A DNA stretch of 64,000 bases from Magnetococcales bacterium (GCA_015232405.1 JADFZS010000012.1:276-64275); one strand, 5' to 3'; shown: positions 46,494 through 56,819, numbered from the stretch's first letter. The notes: a model not told the origin generated them from the sequence alone. Numbers and translations are program-made.

Positions 46494-47366
46494 TCATTGC
46501 AGATCTTTTTTTCTTGTTTTGAGTAGTTTTTTCAACTTTTTACGGTATATTTTTTCACCACCAGACCAATACATCTCACGAAGATTGATAAACTTAACCC
46601 AACCATCTTTTTTCAATACTGTAGCACCCAACTTAGAAAGACGAGCTTTGTTATCGTTGTTAATAAATCGTATGCCAGGAACCTCCAACTTAAACTCAAA
46701 ATCTTGTTGCACCATCATGTTGGGCCTATGCCCGTGGATAACAGTATCTATACCTAGTTTTTTTAGTAAATTACTTATTTTTATCCCTTTGGTCTGACCT
46801 TTTGAAGATTTTGAACGATAATAGGCTTGAGCTTGGCGAATATCACCCAAAAGTGCCATTCCCTCCTTCTCACGAAATAGTGCGTATTCACCTTCATAAA
46901 AAGCCTTGCGAAACCTGTCATTAAAATCATTCATACAGCCGGACTCATCTTTAACATGGGCCAGCAGACGCAACAGCTCAAATGTAGGATAACCATGGAT
47001 AAAAAGGTTGTTACCACAGACATACATAATATCTTGGTTACGAATAAAATCTACCTCGTTATTACTCAACCCCAGGGTGTAGTGGTTCTCAACTTTCTGG
47101 AGAATTTCCACCTCATGGTTGCCATTCAAGATATACATTTTTGCGCTGTCAGGGAGGGTGTTTTTTAAATTTGACAGTAGGGAAATCACCTCCTGCTTAG
47201 GGTGGGTTTTATTTAACCAGTCACCAGTATGAACAAGATGAAAATCTTTCAAACCATCTTTCCATACCCCACTCTTATCGACCATACCAAGCATCCAAAG
47301 GGAGTATTTTATGGATTTAATATCATTATCTGTGTCAGACAGAACAACAGTAAAACAGGGACTCAT
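46494..47366 (-). CDS. PPP/ApaH-like metallophosphoesterase, divergent motif I (paralog A)
   Basis: 290 aa with LSDTDND, HTGDWLNK, LNGNHE, IHGYP and IHGHRP, plus a polybasic tail GGEKIYRKKLKKLLKTRKKDLQ. Confidence 0.78.
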   Translation of the reverse strand: MSPCFTVVLSDTDNDIKSIKYSLWMLGMVDKSGVWKDGLKDFHLVHTGDWLNKTHPKQEVISLLSNLKNTLPDSAKMYILNGNHEVEILQKVENHYTLGLSNNEVDFIRNQDIMYVCGNNLFIHGYPTFELLRLLAHVKDESGCMNDFNDRFRKAFYEGEYALFREKEGMALLGDIRQAQAYYRSKSSKGQTKGIKISNLLKKLGIDTVIHGHRPNMMVQQDFEFKLEVPGIRFINNDNKARLSKLGATVLKKDGWVKFINLREMYWSGGEKIYRKKLKKLLKTRKKDLQ

Positions 47367-47611
47367 CGTAACCTTGTTAATTGTGTAGTTATTTAAAAAC
47401 AGTAATCTACAAAAGCTAAATTAACGCATTTTACACCCTTCTACATACTCAGGCACAGGGTTTGCAAAACAAACCCAGAAGCAACTGCATAATTCTAGCA
47501 AAATCATAAAGAAAAAGCCAAACATTTGCCATAAATAGTGCCAACATTGTGCATTATTGATTAATACTTTGACGTTTTATAAGAAGAATCTATCAAGGAT
47601 GGAGTAACAAT

Positions 47612-48763
47612 ATGTCCACACAACAACTATCTCTAAAAAATATAAAACAATCAAAGCCAAAAAACATGTCTCCTACATTTTGGAGCAAAGTTCACAGAGG
47701 TATAAAAGCGACTATCGATCAATATCAAACCCGTGTCGACCATCCGGTGTTTTTAGAGATAAGAGAGAGCAACTCGCAAAAGACAATACAAACTCATGCA
47801 GATTTATCAACAGATGTAAAAAAACCATCTCCTCAACCAAAGCCAGATTGGACCTTGGTTATTTCTGATACAGATAATGATATTCAAACTACAATTTATT
47901 CGCTCTGGTTAACAGGTTTATGTGATCAATATGGTAATTGGAAACCTGGATTACCAAATATCCAGGTTGTACATACAGGTGATTGGCTAAATAAATGGCG
48001 ACCAAGCCGCCAAGCGGTAGCTTTTTATAAAAATTTACAACAATCAGCTCCAACACAATGCCCAGTAACATTGCTTAATGGCAACCATGAGCTAGAAATT
48101 TTACATATGTATGATAACAAGTTCTCATCCCCACTAAAGGATGATGATATAGATTTCATTCGCAATCAGGGGATCATCCACATTACTGCAAACACACTGT
48201 TTTTACATGGTTATCCAACCTTAAACCTAGCAAATATTTTGATGCAAATGAAACGTGAAGAGTTGGCTTTGGTTGATTTTCCCACCCGTTTACATAAAGT
48301 TTTTTATGAAAACAAACGCCCCCTGTATTCAGAACCCCAAGGTATGGAGATAATTGGTGATCTACGTAGACCTAAATATTATTATGAAAAACAGGTCGAA
48401 AATCATAAAAACAGTCAAGGACAAGAGATCGCAGGGATTTTACAAAGTCTAGACATAAATTCGGTAGTACATGGTCACAAACCTAACAATAGTGTACAGA
48501 TAGATCAAGAGTTGGCAAAACAATTACCTGGTATCCGCCTAATTAACAATGATAACCGCATCAAACAGACTGGCCTGGGTGGCATGCTTATCAGTAGTGA
48601 CTCTGAAGTGATATTATTAAACCCTGAAACCATGAAAGATGCTGGAGGAGAAAAAGGGTTCCGTAAACAGCTAAAAAAACGGCTGAAAACCAGACGCAAA
48701 GATCTAGGTCTACCCAGCAAAAAACTTATCAAACAAAAACCAAAACTTATGCTGGTAGCTTAA
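47612..48763 (+). CDS. PPP/ApaH-like metallophosphoesterase, divergent motif I (paralog B, ~95-aa N-terminal extension)
   Basis: 383 aa with ISDTDND, HTGDWLNK, LNGNHE, LHGYP and VHGHKP, plus a tail GGEKGFRKQLKKRLKTRRKDLGLPSKKLIKQKPK. Confidence 0.78.
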   Translation: MSTQQLSLKNIKQSKPKNMSPTFWSKVHRGIKATIDQYQTRVDHPVFLEIRESNSQKTIQTHADLSTDVKKPSPQPKPDWTLVISDTDNDIQTTIYSLWLTGLCDQYGNWKPGLPNIQVVHTGDWLNKWRPSRQAVAFYKNLQQSAPTQCPVTLLNGNHELEILHMYDNKFSSPLKDDDIDFIRNQGIIHITANTLFLHGYPTLNLANILMQMKREELALVDFPTRLHKVFYENKRPLYSEPQGMEIIGDLRRPKYYYEKQVENHKNSQGQEIAGILQSLDINSVVHGHKPNNSVQIDQELAKQLPGIRLINNDNRIKQTGLGGMLISSDSEVILLNPETMKDAGGEKGFRKQLKKRLKTRRKDLGLPSKKLIKQKPKLMLVA

Positions 48764-48846
48764 ACTAGATTCGGCAGTTGGACGTATTGCTAACATTGAA
48801 TCCCATAAGAAGCTTTTTTTAGAGTTTTTTTAACTAAGCAGAACAG

Positions 48847-50961
48847 TTATGGTTTGTTATTATCTCCTATTTGTACAGTTATAGCTGCATAATCAATTTT
48901 ACCAACCCCATTCATTGGTATTTCATCAAGATAGATTATTTGGCTTGGGATATATAACTTACTAAGACCTATACTGTTTATGTGGGAGAGCAGATCATTT
49001 TTCGCTGCACCTTGTTTTGTCGTTGCCAAATAGAGGCTTTCACCTTTTTTTGCATCTGGTTGTGCCACAACGGCATGTTGATGATCAGGCCATACAGTTG
49101 CAGCTATGGATTCCAACCCTGCCAAAGAGACCATCTCCCCCCCTATTTTAGCAAACCTTTTTACTCGCCCAACTATTTTTACAAACCCCAACTCATCAAC
49201 CACTACCACATCACCACTATTATACCATTCTGGCCCTAGCTCATTCTTAGGCATAACAGGTATGCAGCCACCCCCGATTTGTAAATAGCCCTGCATGATG
49301 TTGGAACCTTTTACCAACAATAACCCACCCTCTTTTATTCCCATTACTGGCATTAATTTATATTCAATACCAGGCAAAAAACGTCCGACTGTTGTTGCTT
49401 GATTGAAGACCTCACAATTAACCGCCAACACTGGGCTAGCTTCTGTAGCACCATAACCTTCAAAAATTTTGATACCAAACTTATCAAACCAATATACTCT
49501 TGTCTCTTCTCGCAGAACCTCAGCTCCTGCGACTACCACTCTTAGGGTTTGAAAGTCATGGGGTTCAGCATTTCGACCATAACCAGATAAAAAAGTATTG
49601 GTCCCAGCTAAAATTGTTACTTTTAGCTGGTTTGCTAGCTCTGGGATTTTTTTATAATCAAGAGGTGATGGATGATAGTGACAACGTACCCCTGCTAACA
49701 GAGGAGCAAGTGTTCCTACTGTAAGACCAAAAGCGTGGAATATTGGCAGTACGTTTAAAAATTTATCATCACTATTAAGTGCTATTCTGGCTCTTATCTG
49801 TTGTAGGTTGCTAAGAATATTGTCATGGGATAATGCCACACCTTTGGGGTCTCCCTCAGACCCTGAAGTAAACAAAACAACGGCAGTATCATCTGCTTTT
49901 GCAGAATTGTGGTTCACCCTTCTTTCTGGCCAAAAAGAGCCTAGTAGACCCAACAATTTGTCTTTTAAAGATATTTGTGGACGAAGTTCTTCTAAATAAA
50001 CAACGTTCACACCACGGCTTAACTGCTCAACCATTGTGGTTAATCCAGCCTTTTCCACAAATGTACGTGATGTTAAAACTGTTTCAATCTCTCCTGTTTT
50101 ACAGGCAGAAAGTAGTAACTTAGCTCCACTGGTAAAATTTAACAAAGCTGGAATACGCCCAAAAGCGTGGAGGCAAAAAAATGTTAGCAAGCCTCCTGCT
50201 GATGTTGGCATCAAAACACCCACCAACCTACCCGGTTTAGTTATTTTTGCAACCAAACGTCCAAGAATAAGGCTACGCATATAGATCTGCCTATATGTTA
50301 GCTCTACTCCTGTAGAGTCACTTACAACCCTATGGGTATGACCGTATATTCTTCCAACTCGACATAATGCTCCCCATAAACTGCCCTGCCCTTGAAAATG
50401 GGCCACCAATGCAGTGCCTAACAGGTCATAAAAGAGTTCACCAGGTGGCTGAACGGGAAGAATGGTAACGCTTATTTTAGGAAAAAAATATCTAGGCAGA
50501 GATTTTTCCCGATTAGAGCTGTTGTGATATTGCGAACCGCTCAAATAACACGGAATTATCCCTGCCGAAATCTGTTGCAATGTTTTTATGGGAGTTTCAG
50601 CAATTTTAGCAAAAGATCCATTATTAGAAGGAATCAATTCTGGAAAAAAAGCTGCTAAACCTCCACTATTTAGATGATCTTTGACGGGTATCCAATCTTG
50701 ATCAATCATATCCTCATAAGAGATAAATTCAACCCAAGAGAAAAGCCATCTAAAAAAAGCAGAAGGAAAAACACTATTTGCAACAATAAAACGACTATTT
50801 GCTGGCAAAAGGCTGGCTAAAATTGGCAAATCGATTTTTGCTTGATGGTTGCAAATCACCAAACAGCCCTGCCTGTTATTGGTCAAATTGTTCGCATCTC
50901 GACAATGTAGCCGAAATATCAACCTCATAAATAGACCGATTAATTTCTGCTTCAAACTCAT
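48847..50961 (-). CDS. aas: bifunctional acyltransferase / acyl-ACP (AMP-forming) synthetase, Aas-like
   Basis: 704 aa. The N-terminal PlsC-type motif is CNHQAKID (HX4D). The C-terminal adenylation domain has LFTSGSEGDPKGV and YGATE. Confidence 0.78.
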   Translation of the reverse strand: MSLKQKLIGLFMRLIFRLHCRDANNLTNNRQGCLVICNHQAKIDLPILASLLPANSRFIVANSVFPSAFFRWLFSWVEFISYEDMIDQDWIPVKDHLNSGGLAAFFPELIPSNNGSFAKIAETPIKTLQQISAGIIPCYLSGSQYHNSSNREKSLPRYFFPKISVTILPVQPPGELFYDLLGTALVAHFQGQGSLWGALCRVGRIYGHTHRVVSDSTGVELTYRQIYMRSLILGRLVAKITKPGRLVGVLMPTSAGGLLTFFCLHAFGRIPALLNFTSGAKLLLSACKTGEIETVLTSRTFVEKAGLTTMVEQLSRGVNVVYLEELRPQISLKDKLLGLLGSFWPERRVNHNSAKADDTAVVLFTSGSEGDPKGVALSHDNILSNLQQIRARIALNSDDKFLNVLPIFHAFGLTVGTLAPLLAGVRCHYHPSPLDYKKIPELANQLKVTILAGTNTFLSGYGRNAEPHDFQTLRVVVAGAEVLREETRVYWFDKFGIKIFEGYGATEASPVLAVNCEVFNQATTVGRFLPGIEYKLMPVMGIKEGGLLLVKGSNIMQGYLQIGGGCIPVMPKNELGPEWYNSGDVVVVDELGFVKIVGRVKRFAKIGGEMVSLAGLESIAATVWPDHQHAVVAQPDAKKGESLYLATTKQGAAKNDLLSHINSIGLSKLYIPSQIIYLDEIPMNGVGKIDYAAITVQIGDNNKP

Positions 50962-51169
50962 TTATCACCCCAACAAACCAAGTATTAACAATCTTGCTTA
51001 GATAACTCGCCCAAGTTCAAGGCAATTCACTGTAATTTATCCAACCCAAGAACTAGGTACAAAACACAAAATAGCTTATATGGCCCCAAATTTGCTTTAA
51101 TTTTACTTAATTTACAACATCTAAACCAATATATCACACATACTGGTTAGTCATCATGGGGGAAACATT

Positions 51170-51427
51170 ATGAACTCAGTTGGAGTTGCTTGGTCAAACA
51201 GCAAGTATACACCGGAACAGATGCTCTGGTCAGCAGTGCTTGAAACAGCGTTGAATGATGCCCTAACTCACAAAGACCCAGCAGAAAGAGATCGAGCTAT
51301 TCGCTGGTTCAGGGATGGAGGACAACACTTTCAAATGGTTTGTGACATGGCTAACTATGAACCTAGCTTTGTCCAAACAAAAGTGCTGTCACTGGTTGAG
51401 GCTGAGAAACTAAAATCAGTACACTAA
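51170..51427 (+). CDS. small hypothetical protein (phage/plasmid-like)
   Basis: 85-aa ORF with an ATG 6 nt after GGGGGA. It is followed by a hairpin. I recognise no family. Confidence 0.45.
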   Translation: MNSVGVAWSNSKYTPEQMLWSAVLETALNDALTHKDPAERDRAIRWFRDGGQHFQMVCDMANYEPSFVQTKVLSLVEAEKLKSVH

Positions 51428-51485
51428 GTTTGTCATTCCTGATACTTCAAATTTTGCAGACTATAATCTGTCCACTAGGAATTAA

Positions 51486-51526
51486 GTCTGGTAGCTTGGT
51501 CTAACATTTATCCCCTGCTACCAGAC
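51486..51526. terminator. hairpin between convergent genes
   Basis: GTCTGGTAGC-21 nt-GCTACCAGAC: 10-bp perfect stem. Confidence 0.4.
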
Positions 51527-51556
51527 ATAACAAAACAAATCCAGCATGCAATATTG

Positions 51557-52555
51557 CTAGTTGGTATTAACCAACCTCTCTGATTTCGCCTCATCTCTCT
51601 GAACCTTTTTATTTACCCTATCAAGAAGTGATGACCACTGGACACCATTTTCTAGTTGAAATAGTGAGTCAAAGTTATCTCCACTCCATTTCACAAAATT
51701 AGCAGGGTCCAATACTTTATTTAGGAATCTTACTTCATAGTGAAGGTGGGGGCCGTTTGTTACACCACTGTTTCCAGACAAAGCGATAACATCACCTTTT
51801 TTTATAAAATCACCTTGCTTTACGACAAATTTTTGCAAGTGTCCATAAATTGTTTTAAAACCATGATTATGATCAACGACAACAGAGAGACCAAGTGCTC
51901 TTGAACTATCAGTTACTCCTGTAAATTCGACAATACCATCAGCCGCACTTATAACTGGAGTGCCTATTTTTGCCCGCAAATCTAAACCGTTATGTTTCTG
52001 TTTTAAACCGTGTATAGGATGGACACGCATACCAAATGGGCTAGTCTCACCTTTAAATGATACAGGAGAACCATTAGGTATCTCTTTGAGCAACTGCTCT
52101 CTCATATAGTCACTTTCACTCTCTAAAGAGACCATATAATTTACAAGCAGGGTATCGATAATATTTTTAATATCAGGATCTGATGGTATATGCGTTGGAA
52201 TCTTGACATTAAACAAGCTAAATATATCTGTTATAGCGTCAAGAGTCGGAGACAAATCTGAATGGTCTACGGAAGGGGATAAATTATTATTAACTGTTTG
52301 CTGTTCTGACAAAAACCTGACGTCATGTTTTGGTTCACTAACTTGCAGCTGATCAGTAGCAAGTTTCTCCGTAACAACAACCTCTGGTTTTGGGTTAAAT
52401 TTATCTGTGATTACAAACAGTAAGACTAATATGCAAAGAGAAACAACAAACAACAATGTAGCACTACCAAGCTGTTCGACCACTCTATTTTTTACTTCAC
52501 TTTTTACTTTCACGATCTGCATATAACTTTCACTGCGATCATTATTATTATTCAT
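51557..52555 (-). CDS. M23 family (LytM-type) metallopeptidase with an N-terminal membrane anchor
   Basis: 332 aa with HNGLDLRAKIGTPV and GNSGVTNGPHLHYEV (HxxxD / HxH motifs). Confidence 0.85.
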   Translation of the reverse strand: MNNNNDRSESYMQIVKVKSEVKNRVVEQLGSATLLFVVSLCILVLLFVITDKFNPKPEVVVTEKLATDQLQVSEPKHDVRFLSEQQTVNNNLSPSVDHSDLSPTLDAITDIFSLFNVKIPTHIPSDPDIKNIIDTLLVNYMVSLESESDYMREQLLKEIPNGSPVSFKGETSPFGMRVHPIHGLKQKHNGLDLRAKIGTPVISAADGIVEFTGVTDSSRALGLSVVVDHNHGFKTIYGHLQKFVVKQGDFIKKGDVIALSGNSGVTNGPHLHYEVRFLNKVLDPANFVKWSGDNFDSLFQLENGVQWSSLLDRVNKKVQRDEAKSERLVNTN

Positions 52556-52694
52556 TAATCCGTCTCTAATTAAAATTTACTAAAAACCTGTATACTAATA
52601 TTCGGTATAATGAGAAAACTGCTGAATAGTTTTTATACTCTTGATCAATTATAACATGGTAAAAACAGGAGAAATTCTTATCATTAGCACGTGC

Positions 52695-52871
52695 CTAACT
52701 ATTTTTTGAATCTGTCATTAAAGGTGCTGCTTTACCAGAACCATGACACCATTCACAAGGTAAAAGTTCACTATCCAAATCAAGAGATAATCTAGTTCCG
52801 GTTCCATTACACTCTTCACACTCTTCAGACTGTAAACCTAGAATATCTTTAGTAGAAATACCTTGTTCCAT
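52695..52871 (-). CDS. 58-aa DnaJ-type zinc-finger (2x CXXCXGXG) protein; not in the ORF track
   Basis: Manual translation gives MEQGISTKDILGLQSEECEECNGTGTRLSLDLDSELLPCEWCHGSGKAAPLMTDSKNS. GGAGG lies 7 nt upstream of the ATG. The ORF falls below the 60-aa cutoff of the track. Confidence 0.6.
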   Translation of the reverse strand: MEQGISTKDILGLQSEECEECNGTGTRLSLDLDSELLPCEWCHGSGKAAPLMTDSKNS

Positions 52872-53238
52872 TTACCAACCTCCACTCTTGTAAACAACCG
52901 TTGTTAGCCACAAAAAAGTGATTTTTAAATAGAGAACATCGGTTCGATTTATTTTTGGCCTCAACATTGCAAACATCACACATTGTCAGCATGAGCAACA
53001 CGTAGCATAGCTTAAAGAGAGCAGGAAATCTTTAACAAACAAATAATTTTTTTTAAAGCCGTGCTAATAACGTAATTCAGCAGAAATCAAACTCGTTAAC
53101 ATGTAATAACGAGTAGGTTAAGTTAAATAACCAATTGAATAAAATAAGAGTGCTCGCAAGGCTCTACCTAGGGTGTGATAAGAGTATACTTATATTCTAT
53201 TGCATTGTTTATTAATAAGAGTAAGAATGGAGTTTTAA

Positions 53239-54078
53239 ATGGGTGCTTTTCCTTCCCCCCCTTCAGAGATTAATGACTTACCACCTCAAGTTCAGGCGTA
53301 TGCTCAGGCTGCGGCATTGGCAGACAATACAAGAGCTGCTTATTTGGGTGACCTCCAGCGTTTTATTGATTGGGGAGGAGCTGTTCCTGCTTCATCAAAA
53401 ACAGTCGCTTCATATTTGGTTTCTCATGCCAATTCACATAAGTATGCTACCTTGGCTCGTTGGAAGGTATCAATAGGAAAATCCCATACATCACAGGGGT
53501 TTCCTGATCCAACCAAAACTGAATTGGTGCACGCTGTATTAAAAGGCATCAAACAAAAGCATGGTCAAGATCAACGACAGGTTGCTCCACTTACCAAAGA
53601 GAAAATCATCGCCATGGTCTCCAATATGGGTGACAGACTAAAAGACAAAAGAGATAAAGCACTAATTCTTGTCGGCTTTGCAGGTGGCCTAAGACGTTCA
53701 GATCTTATCTCATTGGAGCGTGAAGATCTTATTGAAAAAGATACAGGTTGGGAAGTCATGCTCCCTAAAAGCCAGGTAGCTATTCCAGCAGCCAGCGGCC
53801 CTGTGTGTGCAGCAAAAGCTCTTAAAGAGTGGTTGGAAATCTCTGAGATTACTGAAGGGGCTGTTTTTCAAGGCATAAACCGCCATGGCAAACGTTCTGG
53901 CAAACCACTAACAGGTCATGGCGTTGCACTAATTGTTAAAGAACGTGTACAATCCATAGGTCTGGACCCTGCCCACTATAGCGGCTTTAGTTTACGCGCT
54001 GGTCTAATTTCCAGTGCCGCTGATCAAGGTATATCCTTAGGTCATGCCACATCACTGAATGGTAATGGTGTTCTGTAA
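53239..54078 (+). CDS. tyrosine recombinase/integrase family protein, C-terminally truncated and probably inactive
   Basis: 279 aa with NTRAAYLGDLQRFIDW (core-binding) and LILVGFAGGLRRSDLISL (Arg I). SGFSLRAG replaces the usual SGHSLRxG. The ORF ends at ...LGHATSLNGNGVL, before the catalytic Tyr segment. Confidence 0.7.
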   Translation: MGAFPSPPSEINDLPPQVQAYAQAAALADNTRAAYLGDLQRFIDWGGAVPASSKTVASYLVSHANSHKYATLARWKVSIGKSHTSQGFPDPTKTELVHAVLKGIKQKHGQDQRQVAPLTKEKIIAMVSNMGDRLKDKRDKALILVGFAGGLRRSDLISLEREDLIEKDTGWEVMLPKSQVAIPAASGPVCAAKALKEWLEISEITEGAVFQGINRHGKRSGKPLTGHGVALIVKERVQSIGLDPAHYSGFSLRAGLISSAADQGISLGHATSLNGNGVL

Positions 54079-54094
54079 AAAGTATTAAAAATAC

Positions 54095-54135
54095 AACGGC
54101 ATCATGATAGCCATTTTTATCATGATGCCGTTTGT
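54095..54135 (+). terminator. 15-bp perfect-stem hairpin after the integrase remnant
   Basis: AACGGCATCATGATA-gccatttt-TATCATGATGCCGTT, followed by TGT. The T-tract is weak. Confidence 0.55.
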
Positions 54136-54250
54136 AAATTGCATCTTATTTTTAAAAAACCTGCTCTCTCCCCAAGACATTTAAAGATAACTCGGTTAAT
54201 TTGTATCTTTCTTGATCGGTTATAACAAATCTTCCTTCAAGCAGGTATCC

Positions 54251-55600
54251 ATGTCGCTGTCTGGCTTTCAACGATGGTTTTGTTCTCTAGCCGTCTATCG
54301 TGAACCTCGTGTCATAGCTATTTTGTTTCTGGGTTTTTCCAGTGGAGTTCCTCTGGCTCTTACCTTTGGTACTCTTACACTTTGGTTGGCAGAATCCGGC
54401 ATAGATAAGACATCCATCGGGCTTTTTGCTCTTGCTGGTACTCCCTATACTTTCAAGTTTCTCTGGGCTCCACTTCTTGATCGTACATCAATTCCCTGGC
54501 TTACCACTATTTTTGGTCGTAGACGTAGTTGGATGCTTTTCACCCAATTTGCCTTGGTACTATCAATATTGGCACTTGGTGTTTCAAACCCTTCTGTTAA
54601 TCCTTTACAAATGGGCCTTTTTGCACTGTTAACAGCATTTTGGTCAGCAAGCCAAGATATTGTGATAGATGCCTACAGAGTAGAGATTTTAGCAGAGAGG
54701 CAATATGGCGCAGGTGCAGCCATGGTGGTATTGGGTTATCGTTTGGGAATGTTAGTCTCAGGAGCCGGGGCATTATATTTGGCAACATATCTAGGATGGT
54801 TTTATACCTATGCTATAATGGCAGCAACAATGTCAGTTGGTATTATTACAGTATTATTAAATCCTGAACCACCACAACAAGAAAGCTTGGAATCCCAAGA
54901 ACAAGAGACAAAAATTGCAGAATACCTAAAAGCTCGACCCTGGCTGCAAGGTTGGAAAAAAGATGTAGTTGCATGGTTTTCTGGTGCTGTTATAGCTCCT
55001 TTTGCTGAATTTATGACTCGCAAAGGTTGGCTATTAACCCTATTGTTTATATTGCTTTATAAGTTTGGCGATGCCTTGGCTGGTGTAATGAGCAACCCTT
55101 TTTATGTAGAATTGGGTTTTTCAAAAATTGAAATTGCAAATATTAGCAAGCTATTTGGTTTGGCGGCATTGATTATTGGAAGTTTTATAGGAGGAGCACT
55201 GGTCAATAGAATTGGTATTATGAAAGCACTTTTATGGTGTGGGCTATTGCAGATGCTCTCCAACCTTATGTTTGTATGGCTAGCACACACCGGATATAAC
55301 ATGACAATGTTAACCTTGACCATAGCTATTGAAAATTTAAGCAGTGGAATGGGTATGGCCGCATTTGTCTCCTATCTCTCCATGTTATGTAATGTGGCAT
55401 ATACCGCTACCCAATATGCACTACTTTCTTCTTTAATGGCGTTTGGACGCACACTGCTATCTTCTACTGGTGGCTGGTTTGCTGACCATATGAGTTGGGG
55501 TCCTTTTTTTCTTCTTACTACAGCAGCTGCCCTGCCGGGGCTTGTTCTATTGCTCTGGATGATCCGTAAGTTTCCTCTCACAAAAAGAGTAAAAAGTTAG
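54251..55600 (+). CDS. ampG: AmpG-family muropeptide MFS transporter
   Basis: It contains FKFLWAPLLDR and a multi-TM MFS topology. I prefer the ATG at 54251 to the track's TTG at 54212. Confidence 0.83.
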   Translation: MSLSGFQRWFCSLAVYREPRVIAILFLGFSSGVPLALTFGTLTLWLAESGIDKTSIGLFALAGTPYTFKFLWAPLLDRTSIPWLTTIFGRRRSWMLFTQFALVLSILALGVSNPSVNPLQMGLFALLTAFWSASQDIVIDAYRVEILAERQYGAGAAMVVLGYRLGMLVSGAGALYLATYLGWFYTYAIMAATMSVGIITVLLNPEPPQQESLESQEQETKIAEYLKARPWLQGWKKDVVAWFSGAVIAPFAEFMTRKGWLLTLLFILLYKFGDALAGVMSNPFYVELGFSKIEIANISKLFGLAALIIGSFIGGALVNRIGIMKALLWCGLLQMLSNLMFVWLAHTGYNMTMLTLTIAIENLSSGMGMAAFVSYLSMLCNVAYTATQYALLSSLMAFGRTLLSSTGGWFADHMSWGPFFLLTTAAALPGLVLLLWMIRKFPLTKRVKS

Positions 55601-55697
55601 CTTGACAACAATAGACAAAACAATCCCTATGCTATATCTGAGGTGCAGTGTACAATTGTTATTCTTCGGTTTTTATAAATTATGAGGATATTTAAAC

Positions 55698-56798
55698 TTG
55701 GCAACCACAAAAAGAAAAAAAGCTTTAATAACTGGTGTAACTGGTCAGGATGGAGCGTATTTAGCTGAGTTTTTACTACAGAAAGGTTATGAAGTTCATG
55801 GTATCAAACGCCGTGCTTCACTTTTTAACACCGATAGAATAGACCATCTTTATCAAGATCCTCATGTAGAAAATAAACTTTTTTTTCTCCACTACGGTGA
55901 TTTAACAGACAGCACAAACTTGATACGTATTATTCAAGATGTCCAGCCAGACGAAATCTATAATCTTGCTGCCCAAAGCCATGTAGCTGTCTCTTTTGAA
56001 TCTCCTGAATACACTGCCGATTCCGATGCTTTAGGAACCTTACGACTTTTAGAGGCGATTCGTATTTTAAAGTTAGAAAAAAAAGTACGCTTTTACCAAG
56101 CATCAACATCTGAACTATTCGGAAATGTTCAGGAGACACCGCAAAACGAAAACACTCCATTCTACCCACGTTCTCCCTATGCCGTTGCCAAATTGTATAG
56201 TTATTGGATTACCATCAACTACCGTGAAGCTTACGGTATGTACTGTTGTAACGGTATTCTGTTTAACCATGAATCTCCAATAAGAGGCGAGACATTTGTA
56301 ACCAGAAAAATCACCAAAGGGTTAGCTAGAATTAAACTAGGTCTGCAAGATTGCCTATACCTTGGCAACATGAACTCAAAACGTGACTGGGGCCATGCAA
56401 AAGATTACGTTGAAATGCAGTGGTTGATGTTGCAACAAGATAAACCAGAAGATTTTGTAATTGCTACCGGAAAACAGTATTCAGTGCGAGATTTTGTCAA
56501 TGCTGCAGCCAAAGAGCTAGATATGAAGATTAGCTGGCAAGGAGAAGGTCTTGACGAAATAGGCTATCTTGAAGGTAAAGATGAAGCGATTATCAGGGTG
56601 GATAAACGTTATTTTCGCCCAACAGAGGTGGATACCCTGTTGGGAGATCCCTCTAAAGCACAGAAAAAGTTAGGCTGGACCCCCAAAACCAATTTCGCCC
56701 AACTAGTTGCTGAGATGGCAAGAGAAGACCTTGTTTTAGCTAAAAGAGATGAGTTGGTTCGTGGTGAAGGATATAAAGTATTCAGCTTTCATGAATAA
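55698..56798 (+). CDS. gmd: GDP-mannose 4,6-dehydratase
   Basis: 366 aa with [42 protein letters not shown] and [17 protein letters not shown]. The TTG start lies 9 nt after GAGGA. Confidence 0.93.
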   Translation: MATTKRKKALITGVTGQDGAYLAEFLLQKGYEVHGIKRRASLFNTDRIDHLYQDPHVENKLFFLHYGDLTDSTNLIRIIQDVQPDEIYNLAAQSHVAVSFESPEYTADSDALGTLRLLEAIRILKLEKKVRFYQASTSELFGNVQETPQNENTPFYPRSPYAVAKLYSYWITINYREAYGMYCCNGILFNHESPIRGETFVTRKITKGLARIKLGLQDCLYLGNMNSKRDWGHAKDYVEMQWLMLQQDKPEDFVIATGKQYSVRDFVNAAAKELDMKISWQGEGLDEIGYLEGKDEAIIRVDKRYFRPTEVDTLLGDPSKAQKKLGWTPKTNFAQLVAEMAREDLVLAKRDELVRGEGYKVFSFHE

Positions 56799-56819
56799 AA
56801 CCTACATTTACAAGTTTGC

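Noticed and set aside
53239-54078. The integrase ORF, considered as a marker of an active integrative element.
   Set aside because: The catalytic Tyr region is missing and the His is replaced. I found no adjacent tRNA, att-like direct repeats or other mobility genes.
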